From the NCBI GenBank assembly GCA_044220955.1, contig JBGAQA010000023.1, forward strand, positions 36,228 to 68,421: a DNA stretch of 32,194 nt, read 5' to 3'. The notes below the pieces were generated by a model, which saw nothing but the letters and a program-made list of their open reading frames with translations, had not been told where the DNA came from and made no database searches. A program made the translations under genes and the position numbers. Positions 8,576 to 17,362 of the stretch are shown piece by piece; position 1 is the first letter of the stretch; every line of letters begins with the position of its first letter. Origin of the DNA: Sandaracinaceae bacterium. Its GTDB lineage: Bacteria > Myxococcota_A > Polyangia > Polyangiales > Sandaracinaceae.

Positions 8576-8611
8576 GACCGGGATGGACGAGGGAAGGAAC
8601 AGGAGACGGAA

Positions 8612-9184
8612 ATGAGACATCGAAACGCGCTCGCGAGCCTCGGCTGCGGCATCATCCTCGCGCTCGTCATCGTCAGCTGCGGAGGTGAGGCCAGCGAACC
8701 TGCTCCCTCGACGGCACCGCCGCCCTCGTCGACGACGACCACGACACATCGGCGGCCCAGCGCGTCGGACGACGGACCCTTCGTCGGCCCCGAGTACGAG
8801 GGCGATCACTCCCTCCCCGGGGACCCGGTGGCCGGGGCGCTCGTGTTCCAGGCGCACTGCGTCGCGTGCCACGGCGCCAACGGCCGCGGAAACGGTGGCC
8901 TGACAGGCGCGGACTTCGTCGGCGACCACCGACGCCTCGCCAAGAACAACGACACGCTGCTTCACTCGATTCGGGAGGGCATCCCGAACACGCCCGCGAT
9001 GCCCGCGCACGCGTCGATCCTGACCGACACGGAGATGCGTGACGCGCTCTCGTACATCCGCCAGACGTTCGGACCTCCGGCGGACCCGGCGGCGCCGGCG
9101 GCTCCCGCGGCTCCCGCGGCTCCCGCGGCGCCGGCCGACCCGGCGGCGCCGGCCGACCCGGCAGCTCCGGCGGCGACGCCCTGA
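8612..9184 (+). CDS. Monoheme class I cytochrome c lipoprotein with Pro/Ala-rich tail
   Basis: Signal peptide ending IVSC; Pro/Thr linker; heme motif CVACH; distal Met in AMPAH; purine-rich SD (AGGAG). Confidence 0.88.
   Translation: MRHRNALASLGCGIILALVIVSCGGEASEPAPSTAPPPSSTTTTTHRRPSASDDGPFVGPEYEGDHSLPGDPVAGALVFQAHCVACHGANGRGNGGLTGADFVGDHRRLAKNNDTLLHSIREGIPNTPAMPAHASILTDTEMRDALSYIRQTFGPPADPAAPAAPAAPAAPAAPADPAAPADPAAPAATP
9076..9180 (+). repeat. In-frame low-complexity repeats encoding (PAA/PAD)n
   Basis: GCGGCTCCC x3 and GCGGCGCCGGCCGACCCG x2 within the cytochrome C-terminal tail. Confidence 0.8.
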
Positions 9185-9249
9185 CCTGAGGGCGGCCCCG
9201 CGACCTTCTGCCGCAGTGCCGGCCCGGCGCCGGCGTCTAGGTAGTCGGC

Positions 9250-10143
9250 GTGCGCTCGTGGTCCGGTCTCGCGCTCGGCCTGGTCATGCTCCTCGGAGCA
9301 TCGCCCGCGCGCGCGTGCCCGTGTCAGGCAGGCGACCCGACGCTCTCGGGCACGTCCTGGGGCGCGGCGCGCGCCGGCCGCGTGCGGCTGAGCCTCGAGG
9401 GCCGGTGGTCGACCGAGGGCTACGGCACGCGCGGACGGGACCGCGCGGACGTCGAGGATCTCCGGCTCGAGCCGAGCGTCGTGTGGTCGCCGATGGACTG
9501 GCTCGTGTTCTCGATCGTCGCGCCCGTCGCGTATCGCACGGTGTCGCGCACGAACCTGACGCACGAGGAGCACGTGGGCCTGGCCGATCCCGAGGTGCGC
9601 CTGCGCGTGCGTCTGCTCTCGGACGCGGGACGGATCCCACGCAACACGCTCGGTGTGAGCCTGGGCATCGACGTCCCGCTGATGGGCGAGGCCCACGCGC
9701 AGGACGGAACGCCGGTGTCGATGGAGGCGATGATCGGCAGCGGCTCGGCCGATCCCTCCGCTGGCATCTGGTACGTCCACCACGAAGGCGCCTGGACCCT
9801 CTTCGCGGTCGCGGGGTGGCGCTTCCCGACCACCGGCCTGGCCGGCATGCGGATGGGCCTGGCGTTCGACGCGGTGGCGACGCTGCAGTGGCAGCCCCTC
9901 CCCGAGCTCGCGTTCCGCCTCGGCCCCGACGCACGGCTCGAGGTGCCCGGCACGATGAGCGGCGCCATCATGACGAACACGGGTGGGTTCTCCGCCCGCC
10001 TCGGCGGTGACGTCGTGTACGCACCGACCCCGGAGGTGATGCTGACCCTCGGAGCGCGCGTGCCCTTCGTGCAGGCGCTGCACGGCGCCCACGACCTCGG
10101 CGTCACCGTGCTCGGCTCGGTGATCGGAGACCTCTTCCCATGA
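9250..10143 (+). CDS. Putative outer-membrane beta-barrel transporter (resembles the MetA-pathway/phenol-degradation family) with N-terminal CxC motif
   Basis: Signal peptide ending ARA-CPCQ; alternating amphipathic beta-strand pattern; GLAD and IGSGSAD motifs resemble the GLGD and PGSGSxD motifs of that family. Confidence 0.65.
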   Translation: MRSWSGLALGLVMLLGASPARACPCQAGDPTLSGTSWGAARAGRVRLSLEGRWSTEGYGTRGRDRADVEDLRLEPSVVWSPMDWLVFSIVAPVAYRTVSRTNLTHEEHVGLADPEVRLRVRLLSDAGRIPRNTLGVSLGIDVPLMGEAHAQDGTPVSMEAMIGSGSADPSAGIWYVHHEGAWTLFAVAGWRFPTTGLAGMRMGLAFDAVATLQWQPLPELAFRLGPDARLEVPGTMSGAIMTNTGGFSARLGGDVVYAPTPEVMLTLGARVPFVQALHGAHDLGVTVLGSVIGDLFP

Positions 10144-10883
10144 TGCGATCTCGTGCCGTGCTCGTGTCGACGTCCGCCGCGATGGCCATGGCCGCGTGGG
10201 CGGGCGTGGGCGGTTGCCTGCGCGTGGATCACGGCATCCTCGTGGAGCTCACGCTGAGCGCGCTGCCGGCGGGCGCCGCGAGCCGCGTCTGGTCGGAGGA
10301 CGGCTCGGAGCTCGTGGTGGACGCGGGGGAGATCACGGTGACGGAGGCGCACCTGCTCGCGTGCCGGCCGGACGCGAGCGCGCGCCTCGAGGAGATGGCG
10401 CGCGCGCTGCTCGCGCCCTCGAGCGCGCACGCGCAGCACGATCACTCGGGGAGCCACGCAGACAACCCCCTGGTGATCCGCGGCCCCTTCCGCGTCTCGC
10501 TCGTCGACGAGCCAGCCGTGCTGGGCGCGTTCGCGGCACCGCCGGGCCGGTACTGCTCCGTACACCTCGCGCTGGGCGCGGCGCCGGACGAGTCGGACGC
10601 CTCGCCCTGGACGCTGGCGATGCACGCGCACACCCCGGCAGGGGCCTACGTCGCGGCGTGGAGCGACGCGCCGGGCATCGGCCACGTCGAGCTGGCCGAG
10701 CCGATCGTGCTCGATCGCGGGGGCACCACCCGCCTGCACGCGAGCCTGTTCGTCGAGCGTCCGTTCGCGCGCCTCGCGGGGCTCACGCAGCCCCCGCCCG
10801 AGCTCGGCGCCGCGATCCTGCGCGGCGTCGCCGCCCAGAGCGCGATCGTCGAAGAGCCGATGCCGACCCGCGACATGCCCTGA
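10140..10883 (+). CDS. Hypothetical His-rich lipoprotein (putative metal-binding)
   Basis: ATGA overlap with the barrel gene; lipobox-like VGGC; AHAQHDHSGSH segment; MHAH; two further Cys. Confidence 0.65.
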   Translation: MMRSRAVLVSTSAAMAMAAWAGVGGCLRVDHGILVELTLSALPAGAASRVWSEDGSELVVDAGEITVTEAHLLACRPDASARLEEMARALLAPSSAHAQHDHSGSHADNPLVIRGPFRVSLVDEPAVLGAFAAPPGRYCSVHLALGAAPDESDASPWTLAMHAHTPAGAYVAAWSDAPGIGHVELAEPIVLDRGGTTRLHASLFVERPFARLAGLTQPPPELGAAILRGVAAQSAIVEEPMPTRDMP

Positions 10884-10904
10884 CGAGCTGGCGGAGGCAG
10901 ATCG

Positions 10905-11420
10905 TCAGCGCTCGCGCGCGAGCTTGATGCGCGAAGCCGACGCGAGCGCGGACGCGGCGGTCCGGTGAACGAGCGGCCCGTCGGCGTGCGGCGCGAGCCG
11001 GACCTGCGGGTACGCGGACGCCTGATCCGCGAGCGCCACGGACATCGCGGAGGCGAGCGCCGCCTCGCACTCGGCGTACACGCCGTCCGGGCCCTCTTCC
11101 TTGGAGTCGTGCGGCTCCAGGATCGAGGCGATCTCCGCGCAGAGCGCGGCGTCGGGCGTGGGAACGAGCAGGGATGTGAGCGCGCCGTGGTCGACGCGGA
11201 GCTCGCGGGCGCGCGTGAGGGGCTCGCCCTCGCGCGCACGCCGGACCGCCGGGAAGAGGATCTTCTCCTCGATCGCGATGTGGCGCAGGAGCCCGGCGCG
11301 GAAGGCCGCGAACGCCGTGGTGTCGAAGCTCGCCCCCTCACTCGCGCCCACGAGCAGTCCGTGCAGGCGACGGTGGTCGGCGACGAGGTAGTCCGTGATG
11401 CGCGCCCCGCTCGAGCTCAT
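10905..11420 (-). CDS. Hemerythrin-domain (di-iron) protein
   Basis: DHRRL...LLRHIAIEEKILFP...DHGAL...HDSKEE fits the H...HxxxE...H...HxxxE pattern. Confidence 0.85.
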   Translation of the reverse strand: MSSSGARITDYLVADHRRLHGLLVGASEGASFDTTAFAAFRAGLLRHIAIEEKILFPAVRRAREGEPLTRARELRVDHGALTSLLVPTPDAALCAEIASILEPHDSKEEGPDGVYAECEAALASAMSVALADQASAYPQVRLAPHADGPLVHRTAASALASASRIKLARER

Positions 11421-11471
11421 CGGGGGCTCATACCACCCCGAGCGGCCCGAGGTATCGATCTGCCGGGCAGC

Positions 11472-11888
11472 TCAGAGCTTCTTGCCGAGCACGACGCGGA
11501 TCGCCAGGGCGGAGGCCGGGAACGGAAGCGCGAACGCGAGCACACCCTCGAGCATCGACTCCCCAGGTCCGGGCACGAGGTGCCAGGCGAGGAAGAGCGC
11601 GAAGGGCGAGAGGAGGGAGCCGAGCCACGCCCCGAACCCGGTCGGCAGACGGCGCCACCTCGCGGCGAGCAGAGCCACGTCGGCGAGGATCAAGCTGACC
11701 ACGATCGCGCAGGCGACGAAGCCGGTGATCAGCATCGTCACGAGCCACGAGTCGAATCGCTGACCGAGCAAGAACACGCCATCGGCCGCGTTCCCGACCG
11801 CCATGTGCGAGATCGTCACGAGCGCGAACATCGTGAGGAACGGCGGACGGAGCCAGGACCCGAGGTCGGTGATGTGCGCATCGCTCAT
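11472..11888 (-). CDS. Hypothetical membrane protein (about 4 TM helices)
   Basis: ATG 11888 (MSDAHITDLG); four hydrophobic segments; fills the gap between neighbours. Confidence 0.7.
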   Translation of the reverse strand: MSDAHITDLGSWLRPPFLTMFALVTISHMAVGNAADGVFLLGQRFDSWLVTMLITGFVACAIVVSLILADVALLAARWRRLPTGFGAWLGSLLSPFALFLAWHLVPGPGESMLEGVLAFALPFPASALAIRVVLGKKL

Positions 11889-11934
11889 GCGGCAGAGCGT
11901 GGCCCGCGCGCGCGCGGTGCGCCATGGTGGGCGC

Positions 11935-13098
11935 ATGACCGAGCGTCCGCATGCGGTGACCCTCTTCGGCGCGACCGGCTTCACCGGCGGCCTCGCAGCG
12001 CGCTATCTCGCCGATCACGCCCCTCCGGGCCTGCGATGGGCGATCGCGGGACGCAACAAGACCAAGCTCGAGACGGTCCGGCGCGAGCTCGAGGGCCTGC
12101 CCTGTCCGCCCTCCGCGATCCTCGAGGCGGACGCGGCCAACAGCGGCGCCTTGCTCGAGGTCGCGCGCGCGAGCCGCGTCGTGATGACGACCGTCGGACC
12201 CTACGTGCAGCACGGCATGCCCGTCGTCCGAGCTGCGGTGGCGGGAGGCGCGGACTACGTCGACATCACCGGCGAGCCGGCGTTCGTCGCGCGAACCCTC
12301 GACGAGCTCGACGGCGACGCGCGGCGCGAGCGGCTGCGCATCGTGAGCTGCTGCGGCTTCGACTCGATCCCGCACGATCTCGGCGCCCAGCTCTGCGTGG
12401 AGACCCTCCGGGCGCGGGGCGGCGCGGAGCACCCGATGCGCGTCGAAGGGTTCGTGCGTAGCCGCGGCACGTTCTCGGGCGGCACGTGGCACTCGGCGAT
12501 CGGCGCGTTCTCGCAGCTGCGTGCCGCGATGCCGAAGGCGCCACGCGACGCCGGGCCACGCCGCGCACGCGGCCTGCCGGCGAGGATCCGCTGGGTGCCG
12601 GAGCTCTCGTCGTGGGTGATGCCGCTGCCGACGGTCGACCCCGCCATCGTGCTGCGCAGCGCGAGCGCGCTGCCCGAGTACGGGCCCGACTTCCGCTACG
12701 GCCACTACGCGCGCGTGAAGCGGCTGGGGACGGCCATCGCGGGCGCCGCCGCGATCGGCTCCATCGTCGCCCTCGCCCAGCTACGCCCCACGCGCTCGCT
12801 CCTGCTCAAAGTGCGCGAGCCCGGCGAGGGCCCGAGCGCCGAGCAGCGCCACCGCTCTTGGTTCGAGGTGACGATGATCGGCACGGCCGGCCCCGCGAAG
12901 GCGACGATCTCCGTGAGCGGGGGGGATCCCGGGTACGGCGAGACCGCGAAGATGATCTCTCAGAGCGCGCTCTGTCTGGCGCTCGATCGCGATCGACTGC
13001 CGGACCGCCACGGCGTGCTCACCACGGCCAGCGCGATGGGCCCGCTGCTGCGCGAGCGACTCGTGAAGGCAGGGATGCGCTTCGACGTGAAGGCCTGA
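11935..13098 (+). CDS. Saccharopine dehydrogenase-like NAD(P)-binding oxidoreductase (trans-acting enoyl reductase family)
   Basis: FGATGFTG Rossmann motif, WAIAGRN, TTVGPY, DYVDITGE, CCGFDSIPHDLG, SGGT and GDPGYGETAKM motifs. Confidence 0.92.
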   Translation: MTERPHAVTLFGATGFTGGLAARYLADHAPPGLRWAIAGRNKTKLETVRRELEGLPCPPSAILEADAANSGALLEVARASRVVMTTVGPYVQHGMPVVRAAVAGGADYVDITGEPAFVARTLDELDGDARRERLRIVSCCGFDSIPHDLGAQLCVETLRARGGAEHPMRVEGFVRSRGTFSGGTWHSAIGAFSQLRAAMPKAPRDAGPRRARGLPARIRWVPELSSWVMPLPTVDPAIVLRSASALPEYGPDFRYGHYARVKRLGTAIAGAAAIGSIVALAQLRPTRSLLLKVREPGEGPSAEQRHRSWFEVTMIGTAGPAKATISVSGGDPGYGETAKMISQSALCLALDRDRLPDRHGVLTTASAMGPLLRERLVKAGMRFDVKA

Positions 13099-13125
13099 GC
13101 GCGGGAGCGCGGAGGCGAGCGCGCG

Positions 13126-16100
13126 TCAGCTCGCGTTGGCGAACACGAGCGCGCTGGCGGCATCGCCGGCCGTCGCCGCGAGCTCCGACGCCTCGCGCAT
13201 CAGAGACTCCGCCGCGTCGGACTCGCCGCTCGCCCGCTTGATGCGCGCGCGCACGCCGGTCGCGCGCGCGACGAGCGCCGTGGATCCGGCCGCGCGCGCC
13301 CGCGCCTGCGCGACGACGAGCGGATCGTTGGCCTGCTCGGCGTCACCCGCCTCCACGAGGGTCTCCGCGTGCTGCAGCGACGCGAGCGCGAGGAGCGCGT
13401 CGGCCCCGTTGGGCTCCGCCGTGAGCAGCTCGCACGCCCGCCGGTACGCGGTCACCGCCGACGGAAGGTCCGACTCCTTGCGCCGCAGCGCGCCGAGCTC
13501 GAGGTGGGCCTCGGCCTCGGTGCGCCGGTCGGCCAGGCGTCCGGCGATCTCGATCGCCTGCCCGAGCAGCCGCGTCGCGTCGCGCGCCCGATCGCGCCGT
13601 GCCGCGACGCGTCCGAGCTGGAGCGACATCCGCGCGCGCTCCTTGCTCGAAGGACCGACCAGCTCCAGCGCCTCGCGGAGCACGCCGTCGGCGCCGGAGT
13701 AGTCCCCCGCCGCCTCGAGCGCTTCGGCGAGCTTCCGGCTGAACGTGACCACGGCGCGATCGAGCGCGTCGTCGCCCGAGATCATCAGCTCCCTGCGGGC
13801 GAGGTCGAGCCCGCGACGGAACGCGAGCACGGCGGCGTGCGGATCGCCGCGCGTGAGCGCCGCGTCGCCCATGCGCTCGAGCAGGAGCAGCGCCGACATC
13901 GGCTCGCCGGCGCGGTAGGCGTGCTCGGCGCGCACCTCGAGCGGCGCGTCGTCGCTGGCGGTGGACGCGAGCGCGTGCGCGTGGAGCCCCCTGCGGGCCT
14001 CCGCGGGGATCGAGGCCTCGACGAGCTCGCGGATGAACGGGTGCGCGATCACCACGTCGCCGTTGTGGATCTTGACGAGCGCCAGACGCGTGAGCGCCTC
14101 GAGCGGCGCGAGATCCTTGCCCGGCGCCATGTCCTTGACGACCTCGAGCGGCGCGCGCTCACCCAGCACGCTGATGGTCTGCAGGAGCCGGCGGGCCGGC
14201 AGCTCGAGGCGCTCGACGCGCGCCATGACCGCGTCGGCCAGGCGGGGAGGCAGCGACTCGTCGTGTGCGCTGGTGCCACCGAGCGCCTTGACCTGCTCCA
14301 GGTAGAGGGGAAGGAAGAGCCGAGTGCCGGGATCCGTGGTCGTCTCCCGGGACACCGGGCGCGATCGGTCGGGCGCCGTCCCGGCGAGGAAGTGGCGCGA
14401 CTCGTCCTCGTCGAGGCCGCGCAGCGCCATGTTCACGAGCGTGGAGTGCATCGGACCGGTCTCCCGGGTCGGCACGCTCGCCGTCACGACCAGCAGCGAG
14501 GACAGCCCCTCGCTGTCGAGCAGCGCGTTCAGGGCAGACTGCGAGAGCCCGTCGGTGCCGTGCAGGTCGTCGACGACCAGGATCACGAGGCCGCTGCCGC
14601 TCTTGCGCGCGGCGATCCGGACCCCCTGCGCCAGCGCCGCACCGACGGCCCCCGCCCGCGAGCTGCCCGGGAGGCCCGCGAGTCCCCTGGGATCGAGCAC
14701 CTCGGAGACGCCCGCGCGCACCAGCGGATCGAGCATCGAGTTGTTCGCGAGCTCGGGCAGGCGCGAAGGATCGACGTCGAAGAGCTTCGCCAGCAGAGCG
14801 CGGATCGGGTGGTATGGCACGGGCGCCCAGGACGGATGCGCGCCCGCCAGCACGACGAAGTCCGCGGCAGCCTCGGCGCGCGCCGCCATCTCGGAGAGCA
14901 AGCGCGACTTGCCCACGCCCGGCTCTCCGACGACGCGCAGCCACGACACGCGCTCGTGCACGCCCGTGCGTACCTCGACGAACTTGTCGATCTCGGCCCG
15001 ACGGCCGACGAGGGGCCCGCGCGGGACGGGCGGCGCGGTCGAGGTCCGCATCGGCGCAGGCGCGCCGCTCACGCGTGGACCGGTCGGGAACACGCCCGTC
15101 AGGCGCGCGCCGCAGTCTCCGCAGAAACGCACCGTCGTCGGGTTGTTCGCGCCGCACGACGGGCACTTCGCGCCCGCGGTCTTGACCTCCGGGGGGCCGC
15201 TCGCGCCGCGGAGCGCCTCGTCGAGCTCGTCGGCCGACTGGAAGCGGTCGCTCGCGTCCTTGGCCAGCAGCTTCTTGGCGATGTCGGCGAGCGCGACCGG
15301 GATGTCGCGGAACGGCGCGATCTCCCGGGGCTCGGGGATCGGATCGTGGATGTGGCGGAGCACGACCTTCGTCGGCGTGTCGTCGGTGTAGGGGAGACGG
15401 TCGGTCAGGAGCTCGAAGAGCATCACCCCGAGCGAGTAGAGATCCGCGCGCGCATCGAGCGGATCGCCACGACCCTGCTCGGGGCTCATGTAGTCGGGCG
15501 TCCCGCAGACGAGCCCCGGCGTGGTGATGGAGGTGGACTGGGCGCCCGTGATCGTCGCGAGGCCGAAGTCGACCACCTTCACCTGATCGTCGCCGCGGCG
15601 CGAGCGCAGGATCAGGATGTTCTCGGGCTTGAGGTCGCGGTGGATCACGCCGAGCGCGTGGGCTTCACCGAGCGCCGACGTGACACGCCGCAGGATGCTC
15701 ACGATCCGGGGGAAAGGCAGCGGCCCTTCCTCCGCGATGACCGTCGCGAGATCCTTTCCCGCGAGATGCTCCATCACGAGGTAGAGGATCCCGTCGTCCG
15801 TGCGGCCGAAGTCGATGATGCCGACGCTCGAGGGGTGGTTCAGGCGGCTCGCCGCGCGCGCCTCGTTGTAGAAGCGGGCCACGGTCTGCTCGTCCCCGAG
15901 CAGGTGGGGATGGATCACCTTCAGGGCGACGGTGCGGCCGAGCGCGTTCTGCACGCCGCGGTAGACTCGCCCCATCCCACCGACGCCGATGAGCTCTTGC
16001 AGCAGATACGCGCCCCCGATCGTCCGACCGATGAGCGGATCACCGGGACTGGACGGATCTTCGCGCTCGACGCCGGCTCCGCATGCGGAACAGAACCGCG

Positions 16101-16140
16101 CAGCTTCCACGGTCATCGTGCCGCACTGATGGCACCGCAC
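13126..16140 (-). CDS. Multidomain Ser/Thr protein kinase: zinc ribbon - kinase - zinc ribbon - AAA/STAND ATPase - TPR-like helices
   Basis: GVGGMGRVY, VALKVI, HRDLKPEN, DFG, GTPDYMSPEQ; CxxC..FCxxCG twice; Walker A GEPGVGKS; Walker B LVVDDLH; Ala/Leu-rich helical C-terminus. Confidence 0.93.
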   Translation of the reverse strand: MRCHQCGTMTVEAARFCSACGAGVEREDPSSPGDPLIGRTIGGAYLLQELIGVGGMGRVYRGVQNALGRTVALKVIHPHLLGDEQTVARFYNEARAASRLNHPSSVGIIDFGRTDDGILYLVMEHLAGKDLATVIAEEGPLPFPRIVSILRRVTSALGEAHALGVIHRDLKPENILILRSRRGDDQVKVVDFGLATITGAQSTSITTPGLVCGTPDYMSPEQGRGDPLDARADLYSLGVMLFELLTDRLPYTDDTPTKVVLRHIHDPIPEPREIAPFRDIPVALADIAKKLLAKDASDRFQSADELDEALRGASGPPEVKTAGAKCPSCGANNPTTVRFCGDCGARLTGVFPTGPRVSGAPAPMRTSTAPPVPRGPLVGRRAEIDKFVEVRTGVHERVSWLRVVGEPGVGKSRLLSEMAARAEAAADFVVLAGAHPSWAPVPYHPIRALLAKLFDVDPSRLPELANNSMLDPLVRAGVSEVLDPRGLAGLPGSSRAGAVGAALAQGVRIAARKSGSGLVILVVDDLHGTDGLSQSALNALLDSEGLSSLLVVTASVPTRETGPMHSTLVNMALRGLDEDESRHFLAGTAPDRSRPVSRETTTDPGTRLFLPLYLEQVKALGGTSAHDESLPPRLADAVMARVERLELPARRLLQTISVLGERAPLEVVKDMAPGKDLAPLEALTRLALVKIHNGDVVIAHPFIRELVEASIPAEARRGLHAHALASTASDDAPLEVRAEHAYRAGEPMSALLLLERMGDAALTRGDPHAAVLAFRRGLDLARRELMISGDDALDRAVVTFSRKLAEALEAAGDYSGADGVLREALELVGPSSKERARMSLQLGRVAARRDRARDATRLLGQAIEIAGRLADRRTEAEAHLELGALRRKESDLPSAVTAYRRACELLTAEPNGADALLALASLQHAETLVEAGDAEQANDPLVVAQARARAAGSTALVARATGVRARIKRASGESDAAESLMREASELAATAGDAASALVFANAS

Positions 16141-16157
16141 GGGGCGGAGTGTATGCG

Positions 16158-16940
16158 ATGGTGACCTCGGATCCCAAGGGCGAAGGCGAAAACAGCAGTG
16201 CAGCGTCCACGGAAACGTCCGGGGACGGGCACGGCGCGCTGGTACGTCTGCTCGCGCTCGGGTCGAACGCGTGGGCCGTCGCCGTGGCGCTCCCTGCCCG
16301 AGCGGGCGGCGTGCACGGCGTGGCGGACTGGGTGCTGATCGCGCTGCCGCTCGTCGCGCTCGCGCTCGGGGTGCGCGCCTTGGCGCGGCGGAGCGGTGCG
16401 GCGCTCGGCCTGCTGGCGGTGGGCGTGCCGGTGCTGCTCGTCACGGGCGTCGCGGCGCGCGCCGATCCCCAGCTGAGCGACCACTACACGCCGGCGACGA
16501 CGGTGCTCGCGGCGCTCTCGGTGCTGGCCTACGTCGTGGCCGTCGCCCACGCGCTCGGCCGCCCGCCGCTGCTGCACGCGACGCGGGAGACGAAGCTCGC
16601 GCTCGCGGCCCGCGCTCGACCCGCCGCGCGGAGCCTGCGCGCCCTGGTGCTGGGCACGACCGGTACCGTGGCGCTCCTGCTCGCGGTCGCGGTCCCGGCC
16701 CTCGGATCCCACGAGACGGCCGTACAGGCCTGGGGCGAGGCGGCCGACGAAGGGCGCGTGCTCACCGCCATCGTGGGCGCGACGATCGCGTGCATCGCGA
16801 CGGGCGCGATCGTCGGTCCCTCCCTCCGTGCAGAGCGGCCAGGCGCGGCGCGCGACGCGGCCTTGCCCATCACCCTCTCGCTCGTCGTCGCGGCCACGGG
16901 CGCGATCGCGTGGGCCATCCTGCGCAGCATCGGCCCGTGA
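16158..16940 (+). CDS. Hypothetical multi-pass membrane protein
   Basis: About 7 hydrophobic segments; GC3-rich frame; start uncertain (ATG 16158). Confidence 0.7.
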   Translation: MVTSDPKGEGENSSAASTETSGDGHGALVRLLALGSNAWAVAVALPARAGGVHGVADWVLIALPLVALALGVRALARRSGAALGLLAVGVPVLLVTGVAARADPQLSDHYTPATTVLAALSVLAYVVAVAHALGRPPLLHATRETKLALAARARPAARSLRALVLGTTGTVALLLAVAVPALGSHETAVQAWGEAADEGRVLTAIVGATIACIATGAIVGPSLRAERPGAARDAALPITLSLVVAATGAIAWAILRSIGP

Positions 16941-16953
16941 GAGGATCCTCAGC

Positions 16954-17334
16954 ATGCCCGGCATCACGCTCTCGCTCTCGGTCGCGCTCGCCCTCTCGGC
17001 CGTGCTCCCCGCTCCGGCGCTCGCGCAGGAGTCGTCGCCGGCCGCCCGCGCGGCGCTCGCGCGCTCGCTCTACGACACGGCCATCGGTGCTCTCGCGAGC
17101 GGCACCGGCTCGCCATCGGAGGCCTACGAGTGGTCGGTCCGCTGGATGCGCGCCGACCTCGAGGCTCACGTTCCGAACGCGGCGCAGCTGCACTTCGAGC
17201 GGATGACCACCCTCGCCGCGCGCGTCCACGCCCAGGTCGCTGCGGGGACACTCCGTGGATCGGCAGAGACCGAGTGCCAGTACTACACCGCCGAGGCTCG
17301 CGCGTGGCTCGCCCGGCCCCCGACCGTGCCCTGA
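16954..17334 (+). CDS. Small secreted helical hypothetical protein
   Basis: Signal peptide ending ALA-QE; predicted all-alpha mature part (AYEWSVRWMRA...HFERM...QYYTAEA). Confidence 0.7.
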   Translation: MPGITLSLSVALALSAVLPAPALAQESSPAARAALARSLYDTAIGALASGTGSPSEAYEWSVRWMRADLEAHVPNAAQLHFERMTTLAARVHAQVAAGTLRGSAETECQYYTAEARAWLARPPTVP

Positions 17335-17362
17335 GCGACCGACCCGAACGCCGCCGGTCGAT

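Noticed and set aside
13369..16164. 931-aa plus-strand ORF
   Set aside because: Antisense shadow of the kinase gene.
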